Source: Lama guanicoe (lineage: Eukaryota). Taken from it: a DNA stretch of 64,000 bases. Below, in pieces: positions 1 to 13,648 of this stretch. Below the pieces are notes generated by a model. That model saw only the letters and a list, made by a program, of their open reading frames with translations, was not told where the DNA came from and did not search any database. Numbering within the stretch: the first letter of the stretch is position 1; each line of letters starts with the position of its first letter. The DNA is taken from contig MU056000.1 of assembly GCA_013239625.1 (NCBI GenBank), positions 10,739,175 through 10,803,174 of the forward strand, written 5' to 3'. Both the position numbers and the translations under genes were made by a program.

Positions 1-746
1 CAGCTACCTAGCATGACAACAGCGAGCACAGTGGGTTTTCTGTGATGGGCGTCGGGCCAGGCTTGTTCTGCCACTTCTTCCTACTTTATGATCTTGTTAA
101 GATTGACCTCTGCTTAGCGTGTGGTATTTTTTCAACTAAAATAAAATTCATAACTGGGCTCATTTTCATGAGTGACTATAAAAGTTTTACTTTCAACCCT
201 ACCCGTTAACAGGGAAACAGCCCTGCCTTCTCTACGCTTGGAACAAACAAAATAGAAACAACAAACAGAACAACTACTAGAAATCTTGGACTAACTAAAA
301 GAAAAGGTATTGAGTTTAGTCTTAAATGGTGTGAAAGTCTCAAACAGTCCTCAAATATAGTGTTTAATTTAATTTAAATATGCTGTGTTTTTCTAAAACC
401 AGTCTCCCTCTTCCTCGCCCCCTCTACCACCTCTCTGGGAGGTCTTTTATAATGAGAACTTTCTGAGACAGAATTGTCATTGTATTCGTTTCAGGCATGG
501 GTTATTTCTGGGACAATGGCAGATTAATTGACAGGAGGCTGGGCAAGTCTTTATTATTTAGTTTTGTTATCCTTAAATACTGGGTAATTTTTTGATTAAA
601 TTTGTCTATCGGATACAGTAGATTTGATCAACATTGTGCAAGGGTACAGTAATGCAATCTTTCTTATAGTACTGTATTTGATTTGAATGGATTATTTAAT
701 CAATAAAGATCAGTTTGGTCCTCAGAGATCCACAAGCAATTCCCAT

Positions 747-800
747 TGTGTGTGTGTGTGTGTGTGCGTGTAAGAGAGAGAGAGAAAGAGAAGAAAGAAG
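747..800. repeat. Compound (TG)10 + (GA/GAAA)n microsatellite
   Basis: Ten TG units at 747-766, then cgtgt and a purine-only GA tract. Confidence 0.9.
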
Positions 801-804
801 GCTT

Positions 805-950
805 GGGGAGAGAGGCAGTTTAGACCCTTGGATCCAGTTATATCTAAAACCATACATGCCTCCAAGCTTTTTAGTTTCAGCAGCCGTTGCATTCCTTTTT
901 TATCTGAACCAGTTTGAATTGGGTTTCTGTCATATGTTACTACCATGAGA
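805..950 (+). mobile_element. MaLR MLT1J/K-like LTR 3' fragment
   Basis: cttggatccag...ccagtttgaattgggtttctgtca resembles the MLT1J/K 3' end. Confidence 0.65.
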
Positions 951-1289
951 AAAGAAATGAATAGAAGTTTTTTAAAAACAATTGCATTTAGAGGGCTGAA
1001 GACAAATAAGAGTGTAGGTAATAAAAGCCTGCGGAGGCAGGAAATTCAAGGCGAGGGAGGAGACTAACAAAAAGCAGGAGAAGGTAACAGTGTCCTGTCG
1101 TCACGCATCAGGGAGCAAGGGCTCTGCCCAGAAGCTTGACTTGGGGTCCAGGAAAAACTCTGAGGGAGCGTTCTTGGCAGCAGAGGGGCGGAGAGGAAGG
1201 TCCATGGCCAGGAGCTGGGGAAAGAGTGGGCGGTTTCCTTTTTCCATAAAAGGGACTTATAGTCACTTGGGCTGGAAACCTTGGAATCA

Positions 1290-2125
1290 AATCTTCCACC
1301 TCCCTTGCCGCAGCCCACACATCCAAACAGTCATCTCGTTCTGTAAATCTCCCTCCCCAGTGACTCTCAGACTCCTGCCTTCCTTTCTATTCCCACTGCC
1401 AATGGCTTGGTTCAGGTGCCCAGTATACCTTCCGGGAACCTGTAAGGACCTCTGCGCAGCTCCCGTGCCCACGGGTGTTCACCTCTGTCATCTGTGTTTT
1501 ATTCTGCTGCCAGGTTATTTAGTCCTAAGTCTCGGTTCTGATTATAAAATAGCCACACAGGGTGAGGGGGCCTTGGACTAGAAACCCACAGCCAGCTCTG
1601 ACTTGCTGCGGGATCTTGGGAAAGATCTGCAGTAATCTCGCTAGGTCTGAGGATCTAATCTTTGAAGTGAGGGGTTGGATCAAGCTCTCTGACATTCATT
1701 GCCTCCGTACTGTCTGTCAAAAAAAAAAAAATCCTAGCCCTATTCTAACTCTTTCAGCCCTAACTCCTTTAACATACACACACCTTAGCCACAGTGAAAT
1801 ACTTATTGTCCCTTGATGCCTCCACCCCTCAGCTTGTACCTTCCTACCTCTGTTCATTTCACCTGCAATCCTTTGTCTGTTCATAGGGCATCCTATCCAG
1901 CCTCTGAGCCCAAGTTCAAATGCTGTCTATGAACGTTCTTGGACTCCCAGCTGAGAGCCATCTTACTCCATCTTCTCTGCAGGATGCTTTGCTATGTCCT
2001 ATTGTCATCTGAGCATGCACCTTGCTTCCCACCAAGTTATTCACAACTTGAGGATCGAAACATGGCAGTATTCATCCTTGTAGCCATCAAGGCATCCAGC
2101 ACAGTAGTTAGTTCTCAGTAAATGT
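1290..2125 (+). mobile_element. L2 LINE 3' fragments with an intervening MIR3-like piece (~1570-1695)
   Basis: cccacacatccaaacagtca...ttctattcccactgcca and the 3' end cagcacagt...ctcagtaaatg are typical of L2. Confidence 0.55.
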
Positions 2126-2240
2126 GAAATCACATCCTTTATTCTTGTGTGGCCAACTCAGGCATCTTGCAGAGCTCCTCCAGATCACTCTGATGTGTAG
2201 GTCTGCTGAATAGGGTTAGGTAATAATAATAGAAGTGCCT

Positions 2241-2700
2241 TTGCCATTTGTAGCAATGTGAATGGACCTGGAAATTGTCATTCTAAGTGAGGTAAGCCAG
2301 AAAGAGAAAGAAAAATACCATATGATATCACTCATATGTGGAATCTTAAAAAAAGAAAAGGACACAAATGAACTTATTTACAAGACAGAGACAGACTCAC
2401 AGACATAGAAAACAAACTTATGGTTACCATGATAAACAGGGGATGGGGAGGGATAAGTTGGGAGTTTGGGATTTGCAGATACATACTACTGTATATAAAA
2501 TAGATAAACAACGAAGTCCTACTGTGTAGCACAGGGAACTATATTCAATACCTTGTAATAATCTATAATGAAAAATAATATGAAAAGGAATATATATATG
2601 TACAACTGAATCACTATGCTATACACCACAAATTAACACAATGGAAATCAACACAACATTGTAAATCAACTATACTTCAATTTCAAAAAATTAAAAAAGA
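2241..2700 (+). mobile_element. 5'-truncated L1 (ORF2 C-terminus + 3'UTR)
   Basis: gccatttgtagcaatgtgaatggacctgg ... tgtagcacagggaactatattcaata ... aactatacttcaat plus A-rich tail. Confidence 0.92.
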
Positions 2701-2704
2701 AGAA

Positions 2705-3015
2705 GAAATTGTGGGTGTCCTCTAGGAACCACAGCCAGCCTCCAGGAGCGGAAGGTGGCTTCCAACCAACAGTGGGCATGAAGCTGGGGCCCTTAGTCCT
2801 ACTTCTGCAAGGAAATCAATTCTGTCCATGACCTGAGAGAACCTGGAAATGGACTTTTTCCCTCCAGTCCAACCTCCAGATGAGATGTAGCTTTGCTGAT
2901 CCTTTGAGGAGAAGGAGAAGGAGGAAAAGGAGTAGACCTTGGGCAGAGGATCCAGCTAACTCACTTCTGGATTCCTAGTCCATAGAAACAGAAGTTAAAA
3001 ATACATATTTAAGCT
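2705..3015 (+). mobile_element. MaLR MLT1D/E-like LTR fragment
   Basis: ctgcaaggaaatcaattctgtccatgacctgagagaacctggaaatggac...cctccagatgag. Confidence 0.7.
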
Positions 3016-4476
3016 ACTAAAAACGGGAGGGCCTTTGAACTTCTTGGTAAGTCTCACTTGGAGCAAGCACTGATCTCATTCCAACCCACGCCAGGTAGGG
3101 GTTAGCCATGTGGAGTGTTGGGTGAAAGTTTCATTGAGAATCCTATAGCTTCACATTGAGGCCAGTCTCGCCAACACTCTCCTTGTTGTTTGCAAGATAA
3201 GGATGAGCATGTTCTGGGCAGAAAAGAGTGGTCTCTGTCTGGTACATCTCCTGATGATGGAGTGAAAGGTGGAAAGGCTAGTCTGGAAGAATAAAGAAGA
3301 AATAAAGGGAAGGAAGAAAATCCCAGGGGAAAATAACGAACAGTGTAGACCGAGACCATGACAATGGTCCCAACATCCTTTTTATAGCAAGATTACCATC
3401 TCCAGATCTGTCAACTTGTTGACATGTTGTGGCGAGACTGAGGCTTGACCAAGCCAGTGCCCATGCCAGTAGCTAGAATTATGTGGCTCTCTCGGAACTT
3501 ACACAATGAACTTTGAGACCTTCCTCCGGAATGCCGGTTTTCCTCCAGGGCTGAGGGGAAACGGGCAGCTGTACTTGGGTGAACCTTTGCTCCCTCCTTA
3601 TTGGCTTCCTCTCTCCACCCACAGCAACTGAAATCATTAAAATCCTGTATAATTAAAATTTCATCCAAGTTACACCAGTTATGTCTGCTGGCCGCAGTGA
3701 AGTGTATAAATATCTTAGAAAGACATAAAGACAGAGGCTGCTTCCTGCCCGCGGTTTCCCCTCACACAGGATGCTGTCTGCTATCCTGTCTGCTATGGAC
3801 AGCCTGATGAAGCCTGAGCTCCCTGCTCCCACCAGCCTGCTCTCACAGGACCTGGGTTCCACAGGTTTATTTACAGGGATAGGGTCTAAAGGCCCCACGT
3901 TGTCAGATTTGGGAGTTTGCTCTTTCGGATCTCCCTCTTAATCTCCTTCCCTCCCCTCTTCTCTCTCTCCATTGAGACTGTGATCTCTTGCTTTTGCATA
4001 TGTTTACATTAAAATGGCTAAATAAATGCCTCATCCACTCATTTAACTAGAAAACTGGAGTTTATCTCCCTGCCTCCCCATCCTCTACGCCAACATCAGA
4101 TTAATTTGTCTGAAACAAATTTGCATTGTTATTTCGTGGCTCAAAACCTCACAGTGGTTTTGCATTACCGACAGGATGATGTTGGAAGTCTATGTAAGTT
4201 CATTCACTGAATGATGAATTCTGAGCAAGTATCTCATGCCAGGCACTGTCAGGGCTCTCTTGTCATAGATTCTCCAGCAGCTGCAGGAGGCAGTGAAAAG
4301 ATGATCCTGCAGCTCAGTCACTAGCATGGGCTCCTGAAGACCTGGTGTTGTGGGCAGTCTGTGCATCTCTGAGTCACGGAATACCTTACCTAGTGTGGGT
4401 ATCATTGAATTGATGATGGCTTTGCTGTCACGTCACCTTCACTGAGATGCTTGTGGCAGGTCTGAGATCAGCCTGT

Positions 4477-4880
4477 GTCTTGATTTGAGTTCCCACATAA
4501 TTGACTTTGAGACAGGGATTTGAGTGCAAGCAGCTTATCTGGGAGATGGTCCCAGGCAAGTGAGACAAGAAGGGGAGAAGCCCCCAAAGATGGCATCAAG
4601 TCAGTAACCTTTAGGCAAGTGAAGCTCAACTCCCCTTGGGAAGTCCTGGAGGCAGTGCAGAACAGACCTCAGACTCATCCCAGTCGAGGCTTGGGAAGCC
4701 GGACATCATCCGACATGTGTCCCCAGAGGTCTCTGTGGAGAGCAGTTCCGGGGTCCTTAACGCGATTATATGTCTTGCTCACCTGCACGTGCCTGGGGTT
4801 GCTGGCGTTGCTCTAGACAGCCCTCTGCATGGAGAGGCGAGGGTTGTGGGTTATAGCAGGGGATTGATGGATTCACTACA
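4477..4880 (-). mobile_element. ERVL solo LTR (LTR33-like)
   Basis: tgagacagggatttgagtgcaagcagcttatctgggagatggtcccagg resembles the reverse complement of the LTR33-group 3' end. Confidence 0.6.
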
Positions 4881-4921
4881 GCCTGTAAGACCCCTGGTTC
4901 CTGCCTAAAGTGCGCCTTGTG

Positions 4922-5526
4922 TGGTTCATTCTCATTATTTGCGGTGATGTTCTATAAAGTCACCATGGACACCAAAGGATCCGATACTGAGCCATTACTC
5001 ATAGAGGAAACAGATAGGTAGCTATGAGCTGTCAGTCAGCAGACCAACACATAACCCCGTTTTATGTGTTTCTGTTTAAAGACAGCTTATTTCTATACAC
5101 TGTGCATGACCGCTGGGCTCAAGGCCAACAGCACTTTGATTCGTGCTGATGAATCTTGTCGAACACGTCTTCCTCATTAAGGCTCATCCCAGCCTTCTTG
5201 CTCTGGGACACTGGACGCTAGACAGCACTCTGCTTGGGGGTCATTTTAAACAATGAAATCACCAATGATAAGTAGAAAAATGACACTAAATAGACGGCGA
5301 AAAGGACACCTGTTTACAGTGCGAGAGCTGAAACAGGAAGGCAGAGCACAGCCTTCTTCGACCTCACTCGGAACGTGGACATCACGGGAATCAGGTTTTT
5401 TGCTGTTCTGTACGTGTCCGTGGGTGATCGCGAAAGTGCCTCAAGTTGCACTGATTGCAGGCTGACAAAATTTTTTAAGTAGACGAATTCGCAAAAGCAG
5501 AATCAGTGAATAATGAGGACAAACTG
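4922..5526 (-). mobile_element. MER82 (TcMar-Tigger non-autonomous DNA transposon), near full length
   Basis: Degenerate TIRs (tggttcattctcattatttgc / gtgaataatgaggacaaactg followed by TA) and internal tgtttctgtttaaagacagcttattt, tttacagtgcgagagctgaaaca match MER82. Confidence 0.85.
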
Positions 5527-6454
5527 TATTTCACTGTAGGATAAATATGGTAAACACCGACCATAAGGCTTAGTGGGGTTTAGTAAATTGTATCCCATAA
5601 AATGTGGCCTGGTATTATTGTGAGACTCAAGAGGGTGACTAGAGTAGGCCTGTGCAACTAATCGGAAGCCTGTTAAATAGTTATCAGTTATCATTTAAAA
5701 ACACCAGGAGCTTATGCTCCTTAATAAAAAAAATACTTTTGGATCGGAACAATTTGTCTCTGGCTAATTTGGATTTTGTTGGGGATACCAGTATCTTTCT
5801 TTGTACTGACACAGAGAAGTCAGTAGCTGAATTAGATGAATAGGCATAGAATTATTGAACTAAGCATCTTTCAGGTCACCTTCCATGCGTGTTGTACATG
5901 AAGGAAGGGTTTTAGAAATATGAACTTGTTTGTAAAATAAGAAAGGGAAGCAAGAGGTATTAATTTGTAGAAATAAGAGAAGAAATAAGAAAATTTATAT
6001 CTGTAGGACTATATTATACATAAATTTTTATACATGTTATATAAAATATATACTAGACAAGTATATTTTAAATGCAAGCTAAACCAATTAGGGCTGATGC
6101 AGTATTTGCTGGAAGCAATGGAAAGTATTGAGCAAAAGGAACTAGATTTTGTGGCTGATCTTGGACGTTGCTGAATGGCATATAGTAGGGTACAGTTGGA
6201 TAAAAAATTAGAGAAATGAAAGTGCTCAAAATGTGTCCACTTTCTTTGGAAGGATTTTAGTTGTTTTTGTCTACCACCTCTCTGGGTTTAATTATAGTCA
6301 GTGCTTGGTTATGGCATGGGAGAAAAATGAAGAATTATTTCTGGATGGATTTTGAGGATAACATGATGATGCGTGGTAATAAACATCACCTGTGAGTTTC
6401 TGTTCATTAAATCCCACTAAGGTACAGTCTTTTACAGTGTTTCAAAATGAATGC

Positions 6455-7410
6455 TTGCATTCACTCATTCACTCACTCATTCATCGGTCTATACTGAATC
6501 TTCACTCGCTGGACAGCCTTCTGGGTGTTGGAGATACAGCAGTGAACTAAACCTAACTACTTCCCTCATGAAACTTACTCAGTAGTGGGGAGAGATGGAC
6601 ACTGAATAAATGCATATGCAAAGCAGAATTTCAGATGCTGGTAAGAGCAAGGGAGAAACACGGAGCAGGGAAGGGAGAAGGGGCTCCTTTTGCGTGCTAC
6701 TTCAAGTATTTGTGATCCTCCCTTTGACTCCAGATGCTCCTGCCAAGACCAGTCCCAGCAGACTTTGGCCAGCTCTGTGCGGCTCTGGGGCTTCCCTACG
6801 CTGAGCCTGGGACACTCCATGGAAACCAGCTCTATATTCAGACATGCATAACCCCAAAGTGCAGGCAGGAGGGGGTCAATCAATGCTTCTCGTTTTTGTC
6901 CCCTGGAGCTTTAGTTCTGATATGTATTTCCTAAGCTTTCCTCAAAGGCACCGAGAAGGATCAGTCATCTCAGCGAGACAGCAGCTGGGTTGCACATCCT
7001 TGATGGCCCTTCCCTCATTGCCTCTTTCACTCACCTGGTCCTGCCCTTCTGCTCCCTGGGATTGAATTCTCAAATAACTCCCTGCATGTAAGCCTTTGTT
7101 CAGGCTCTGCTTTGGGGGATCCCATGGTAGATGGAGAATGCAGCGGTTGGAATGGTGTTGTAAGTACAAATGGGGTTTCCAGGGAAGGCATCGCTAAGAA
7201 GGCGTTTTTGAGAAAAGACCTGAAGAAGGGAGGTAGGAATCATGCAGGTAACTGGGGGGACAGCGTTCCAGATTCTGGGGATGACAGCAAGGACAGGAAT
7301 GGGCAAGAGAGAGTGAGGAGTAAAAGGAGATGCAGCCAGAGGGATGACAGAGACCCAGATTCCATCCCATGGCACCATTGTTAGGATCTGGGTTTCAACC
7401 CAAGTGAGAT
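6455..7410 (-). mobile_element. L2 fragment interrupted by an LTR33-like solo LTR on + (~6690-7125)
   Basis: Starts with an (ATTC)n-like tail and ggagatacagcagtgaac; resumes at cagggaaggcatcgctaagaagg. The insert ends ccctgcatgtaagcctttgttcaggctctgctttggggga. Confidence 0.6.
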
Positions 7411-8879
7411 AACCAATTTATTCTCAGAAATTCTGCCTGCTTTGCCCCTTTCATATTTTATTTTTAATTTTATGTTTGTATGATACACTTGGATCCTCAT
7501 TTTCTGGGCAGGTACATTGAATCTTTTAAAAGTGAGCTTCACTTGGTGAAAGCTGCATATTCCTATTCTCAGCTTTCTTGTGTTGCTACTGAAGTGGTGA
7601 CTTCTTTGAGGACAGCGCTGCAGGTGTTATTGTACTGGATCCATGCATGTTGAACCTAGAGTGTCATTCCTAACTCCATCTAGTGAGCAGATACTTACTG
7701 AGTGCTGCTCTGTGCATGACCCTGTGAGACAGTAGGAAGATGTTTAAGACTCTAAGGAGCTGAGAATGTGATAATGCCTGATGGCATCTGAATCAGCCGG
7801 TGATCCTGAAAGTCTGCTAATTAAATATGCCATGTTCATTGTTTTCCCTTGTACATCATTTTCTTTAATTTTGCTTCTTTTCCCCTCCCCCCTTTTGCTT
7901 TTATGGGAAGAACTTCTATACATGAAACCATATTCCTACTTATTTCAAATGTCATAAATCCTATTGCTGTTTTCAACTGTCTTACATTTCTTCTCTAATT
8001 TATCCCTACTGACTAGAGATGTAATTCTTTGGAGTATTTTGACAAGGAGAGAGAGAAAGAGGAGAGCTAACTATAGAGTGGGAATTCTTCTTCAATGGAG
8101 AGAAATGAGTAACTGGCCATGACTGAAGAATTTGGAAATTAAAGGAATAATGTAGATTTGTGCTCAACTAACTCTTCTACTTCCTATGCTCATTTGATGT
8201 GTCAGGGGTGAGAGGCGTTCTCTAAGCGGTGGACATGTCCCATGAATGCCTTCTTCTTGCTCCAAAGAGAGTCTCCCTTGTCGCTTTAGATGTTCTCTGG
8301 CCTTACCCTGTCTTGGCGTTGGCTCTCTGGTCTGTACTGTTTAGTATTGCACCCTTTATTGTGCAGAGATCCTTTGTGTTGTGTCATGTGATTTTTGTTT
8401 TTAAGGGCTTCTCTTCCTTCTTGAACCGTCTTGGGGGCGGGATCCTTCCTCTCCTCCCCTGGAACCTGGGGATCGGCAGCAGTCACACATCTGAGCATGC
8501 GTAGGATTTCCCGTCTCCCGGAAGTTCCTCATTATTAACGCCAATCACATGCATAGTAGCATGTGCCTTGCCACTTCCTTTACTTTCTGAGAAGTGAAAT
8601 GGTAAGGAAGGCAAGTTAAATGCAGACATTTATCAGATGACCTCCTTTCAGATGGAAATATCCAATATTTCTAGATAACTGAAATCTCTCCTTCCATAAC
8701 TTGCCAGTGTGCCAATTTTATGATCAGTTTCAAGAGTAACTAATTTCTTCACCATACTTCTATTGCTGTGCTTCCTTTGGTCCTCCCTGTCTATACTATA
8801 CGCACCTATATGTGTTTTACCATTACCTAGATTTCGCTACTAAAATTTTATTCTTGTATTGACAGATTTCCCCAAAGGT

Positions 8880-9015
8880 TAGAGTGACCGTATGTCCCAG
8901 TTTACCTGAAACAGTGCTGGTTTATCTGTTGTTCCTCTGGTAACTAATAATTAATACCTCCCCTTTTGTTTTCAAAAGTGTGCTAATTTGGACTGTAAAT
9001 TATGGGATTACCCTA
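8880..9015 (+). mobile_element. MER94 (hAT-Blackjack MITE)
   Basis: Ends tagagtgacc...ggattacccta. Candidate 8-bp TSD ccaaaggt (8872-8879) / tcaaagtt (9016-9023), 6/8 match. Confidence 0.85.
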
Positions 9016-9754
9016 TCAAAGTTGTTTTTTCTTCCCCTCACATCCTGCGTGCTCTCTCAAAGCCTGAATCCTAAATTGGAAATAACGTAACATAACAACA
9101 TCTGTGCCCCCTGGACCTTTAATTTCCTGACCCGCACTTCCAGCCTGTGGGGATTTTCCCTGTCACATGCTTCTGGCAATGTCAAGTCCACATGTGGCTG
9201 GACTGTGCCATCCACCTGACGGGTTTTTTTTTTTCTTCCTGGGTCTTTGACCCCTTCGTTTCAATGTGCTGCTTCCTCTGGCTCTTCCTGTAGGATGTGT
9301 TGTTTTGGCTGACCCTCATCAGGTCATGGTTGATGGTCTGTGGGAGGATGGGCTATACCTTTGGTACAGGTGAACTGATTCTGAGTCCCCTCTCTTCCTG
9401 GTCCTCTTCTTTTTCACCAGCCCGTATCCTGAGAATCTTTGATATCTGGAATTGTTAGTTTCTTCCTGGAACACTTTGCTTTGTGTAACCAGCAGGCATG
9501 CAGAAAAGAGTTGGCTCCACCTTTTCCACCTGTTCTTCAGACAGAGAGGCCAGCTTGGCAAAATAGTGGCCTCCAGTAGAGAAAAAGAAACCTAGCAAGT
9601 TTCCGCAGGCCATAGAAACAATCCTCGCTGCTTCCCTACTTCTTGGAAAACAAGGTGTGTTGAGTGTCAAATCCTTTGCGTCTCTCTTAACACCTCCCGG
9701 AGCGAGCTCCTCTCTACCTGCTCCAGATGGAGGAAGGCTGGTCATCTCAGCGGT

Positions 9755-9965
9755 CAGTCATAACCTTGGAGTCAGACAGCTTTGGGTTTCATTCTTTACT
9801 CTGTGGCCTCAGGCAAGTTACTGTATTTCTAAGTTTCCTTGTTTGTAAAATGAGAATATCAATTCCTATCTTGTTGGCTTTAGGGGAGAGTTAGATGAGA
9901 TCATGTATACAGTATGCTGAGAATTGTGCCTGCCAATGAGTGTAAACCTAGTATATAGTTGTTTT
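9755..9965 (+). mobile_element. MIR SINE
   Basis: ttggagtcagacag...ggcaagtta...tgtaaaatgagaat core. Confidence 0.8.
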
Positions 9966-10769
9966 TCTTACAATAATGACTATTAATTTTAGTATCAGAA
10001 TTATAGTAAACCATCAGTTCATCAGATTCTATCTTATGAAGTTGACAGCAACAACTAATGCAATGACAAGAACTACTGAGTGAGGTTCTAAAGCAACCTC
10101 GCTCTGTTCTCTTGGGCGGCTATTGGTGGCTGACAATACCAGAGTCAGCGGAGCATCCCGTAGACCGTGTGATGGAACAAAAATGATTCTGTGAGTAATT
10201 AGGCAGCTTTGATTTTTGTTTTTCAGATTCTTCCCCCTTTTAACTCAACAAGGGATAACGTCCACCATAGCTTTTCTTCTTGAAGAAGGACAGCATGGGG
10301 AGAATGAAGGGTGAAGAGAAACCAGCATTACAAGTAGCTCAAGTTTGTAGGCTGACCCACTGGGGACTCCCAAGAAGGTCTGTTGGTTCGCCCAAGAGTG
10401 TGACCCCCAAGTGAAATTTGAGTGCTTCTGTTGAGTTACTTCTTTCCTTCTGGAGGCCAGGGGCAAATTCCTGATACTCCTCCCCTCTAGATTCTTGGTT
10501 CTTTGATTTTCTTCCCATTGTAAATTGTCTACCAGACACTATCTCAGTCCAGACCCATAACCAGCTGAACCAACGCCTCCTAGAAGAGCCTATGATGACT
10601 CTTGTCAGCTGGTAGAGTTAGAGGGTCCTGTTTTTCCTCTATAGCCAATATTTCCCTTATCATGAAGACTTGTATTCAAACGGTATTATTTCTTTTTAGA
10701 GCCAAATGTATTTCTCATTTCATATTGTCAGATGATCTGATTACTTCTGAGCACCATCTCTAGGTAGGG

Positions 10770-10915
10770 GAAAGAGCAGATAAACTGAAGCCCACAGTGC
10801 TTAAGTGACTCTCCAAGATCTCATGATGAGTCAGGAAACCAGACAGGAATAGAAACCACGACTCTAGCCTCCCAAACTGTTTTTCTGACCACCAGACCAC
10901 ACTTCCTCTCCAGAC
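10770..10915 (-). mobile_element. MIR SINE fragment
   Basis: aaactgaagcccacagtgcttaagtgactctccaagatctca is the reverse MIR core. Confidence 0.65.
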
Positions 10916-11499
10916 TATGAAACACTGGAAAATGGGAGTCAGGCAGAGAGTAAATATGGAGGCGAACCCACAGAAACACAATTTTACTTGTACCCAAATC
11001 TTGTCATTTAGCAAAGGAAAACAGAAAAACACCCCAGTCTCTTTGCTGTCATCAAAATTATAACCTAAACCCATAAGGGATATAGAATAGGAAATGAGTC
11101 TGCCCTAAATTGACATACTTTTTCCGTTTAAAATGAATTTGAAAAGATTGTCCATCTTCCAGTCCTGATGTGTTTTTCCCTTATGCAAAAGGAGAACCTA
11201 AGCATTCAGAATAGGTTTTATTTAGGTTCAAGTGCATATAAGTAAAATACCCGTATTATTCTTATTCTTCGCATGAGCAAGACTTTAATTACTACTTATT
11301 GCGTGCTTAAGGCTTTGTGGGAGCAATAGGCTTATTAGACACACTCACTGTCCATAAGCTTCATATTTAGTTGGACAGAGACCGTATATACCCGTGACGA
11401 ACTGAAGGCAGTTGGTGATGAATATCAAATGAGCAGGAGTGATTGAGAAGCGGTGCCTGAAGTGCAAAGCTGGAATCACAAAGCAACATTTCATGAAGA

Positions 11500-11670
11500 C
11501 TTGGGTTTGAGTCTCAACTGTATCGCTCGTTAACTCTCACTCTTGGACAAATCAGATTCTGTGCATCGACAAGAGGCGACAGCCATTGCCTGGCTGTCTT
11601 CCAACAGTGTTGGTGTATAGACCAACATGAGACAATGCGTGTAAAATGGGCTGTGAGCTGGAAGATTAAA
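11500..11670 (+). mobile_element. MIR SINE fragment
   Basis: gacttgggtttgagtctcaactgt...cttggacaaatca...gagacaatgcgtgtaaa. Confidence 0.6.
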
Positions 11671-12718
11671 ATGTGGGAGGAATTCAGATCGTAGGCGTTG
11701 TCAGAATCAGGCCAGGGTTGCACAGGCAAGCCTTTCTCCTTTGTTTCTAGAGTCCTCAGTGATACAGTTTTCAAGGGCTACATAGCCTGCCCAAATGGAA
11801 ATTAAAACAAGAAATTAAAAGCAGGCTCCCTTTGAAATTGTTTTTGGCTATGAAAATAGAAAATAACATAATATTTCCCCTTTGGCAAATAGCTCCCTGC
11901 CGCATCCCTTGGAATACGGGCGACTGAGAGAGCAGAACACCTGCGTGAAATCAGCTGATGACAGTCGTGTAGAGAGAACTTTTCCATTTGGAGGAGCAAG
12001 ACATGCAACTCAGGGGAGCCGGGTCCTCTGTCCCGTGGGACACAGAATGCCAAAGTCCTGCTCACCTGTGGTTCCCAGGAAGCAACAGCATTTCATCACC
12101 CAGACTATGTGGCAACCAACTGGAATCCTTGAATGACCCTTCCATGGAAACAAGCTTGACACTGTGTTCAGGGCTTCCATCTGTGGGTGAAACTGGGTAT
12201 TGTTGAGATGGGAAACTTGAGAAAAGGCAGAAATTGACTTTTAAAATTAGGCGGAGAAAATTGACCGTAATTAGTTTTCAGTTAGAGCCCGTGAGGACAT
12301 TTTAATTCCAGGAGGTCATGTGAGTTTTCTTAATCCAGGGACCAATTAATTGTAAAACTCTTGTCTAAGAGCCTTTATTAATCTCTGTATCAAGTCATTC
12401 TTTTACAGCAATAATTCATTACCTTTTACACTGAGCAAAAAATGTAGATTTCTGCTGTTGACTGTGTGACCTCAATTAGGAAATCAAAAGACAACTATTT
12501 AAAATTGTCTTCTAAAATACAGCCATTAGAATACAATCCCTGTCTTTCTCTCGGGGTCATGCATGGCCGAATGTAAGTAACACTGTAGAGTCCCTGTGGC
12601 AGAAGTAGAATAATAGGCAACTTTTAGACCATAATGCTCTGGCGCCAGCCAGCCCTCAGGCGCATCATTTTTGATTGTGAAATTTATAGGAAAAGCTTTG
12701 TGGGTGGTTGTAATATAT

Positions 12719-12737
12719 TAGCACCACCTAGTGGTGA
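12719..12737 (-). promoter_or_regulatory. CTCF-like motif
   Basis: Minus strand reads TCACCACTAGGTGGTGCTA versus core CCASYAGRKGGCRS. Confidence 0.55.
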
Positions 12738-12787
12738 TGGGCAAAGCTGCCTTTCCTCACTCCCCAGGACCCCACCTCCATCAAATT

Positions 12788-13098
12788 ACAACAAACAAAC
12801 AAAAACAAAGCGTAAATACAGGACAGAAATAGACTCACAGACAGAGAATACAGACTTGTGGTTGCCAGGGGGGTGGAGGGTGGGAAGGGATAGACTGGGA
12901 TTTCAAAACTGTAGAATAGATAAACAAGATTACACTGTATAGCACAGGGAAATATACACAAAATGTTATGATAACTCACAGAGGAAAAAATGTGACAATG
13001 AGTGTGTATATGTCCATGAATGACTGAAAAATTGTGCTGAACACTGGAATTTGACACATTGTAAAATGGTTATAAATCAATAAAAAATGTTAAAAAAA
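12788..13098 (+). mobile_element. L1 3'UTR fragment (type B tail)
   Basis: gaaatagactcacagacagagaatacagacttgtggttgccagg ... cattgtaaaatggttataaatcaataaaaaatgttaaaaaaa. Confidence 0.9.
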
Positions 13099-13343
13099 TA
13101 TAGCATTTATCAATTCACTATAAAAAAAAATTACTGCCCAAGCACGGCTGACGGAACTCTATTTATAGTCTTTTATCTAATTTTGTGGCCACTTTCCACT
13201 TTGAAAGTTAAAGGTGCTGCACAACTAGGGTAAAAAGATGAAGAAATGTACAAACTATTATAATAATTGTAATAATACTAATAATCAATAATTTATTGAA
13301 CACTAATATGATAGACTGTAGTAAGTGCTTTGTTTTGTTTTAA

Positions 13344-13648
13344 TTTTTTTAAATTGAAATATAGTCAGTTATAATGTGTCAATCTCTGGTGTACAGCATA
13401 ATGTCCCAGTCATGCATATACATACATATTATTCATTTCCATATTCTTTTTCATTAAAGGTTATGACAAGATACTGAATTTAGTTCCCTGTGCTATACAG
13501 AAGAAATTTGGTTTTTTATCTATTTTTCTATATACTAGTTAATATTTACAAATCTCAAACTCCCAGATGTATCCCTTTCCACCCCCTCTCCCCCCATAAG
13601 ATTGTTTACTGTGTCTGTGAGTCTGTTTCTGTTTTGTAGATGAGTTTA
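13344..13648 (-). mobile_element. L1 3'UTR fragment inserted in a minus-strand MIR (~13270-13775)
   Basis: T-tract then aattgaaatatagtcag...gtctgtgagtctgtttctgttttgtagatgag. MIR halves lie on both sides. Confidence 0.85.

Noticed and set aside
1090..1581. 163-aa ORF
   Set aside because: Non-ATG start, runs through an L2 fragment, no recognisable domain.
9319..9848. Overlapping ORFs as possible exons or a processed pseudogene
   Set aside because: No recognisable protein similarity, no convincing splice-site pair, no poly-A/TSD; the + strand ORF ends in a MIR.
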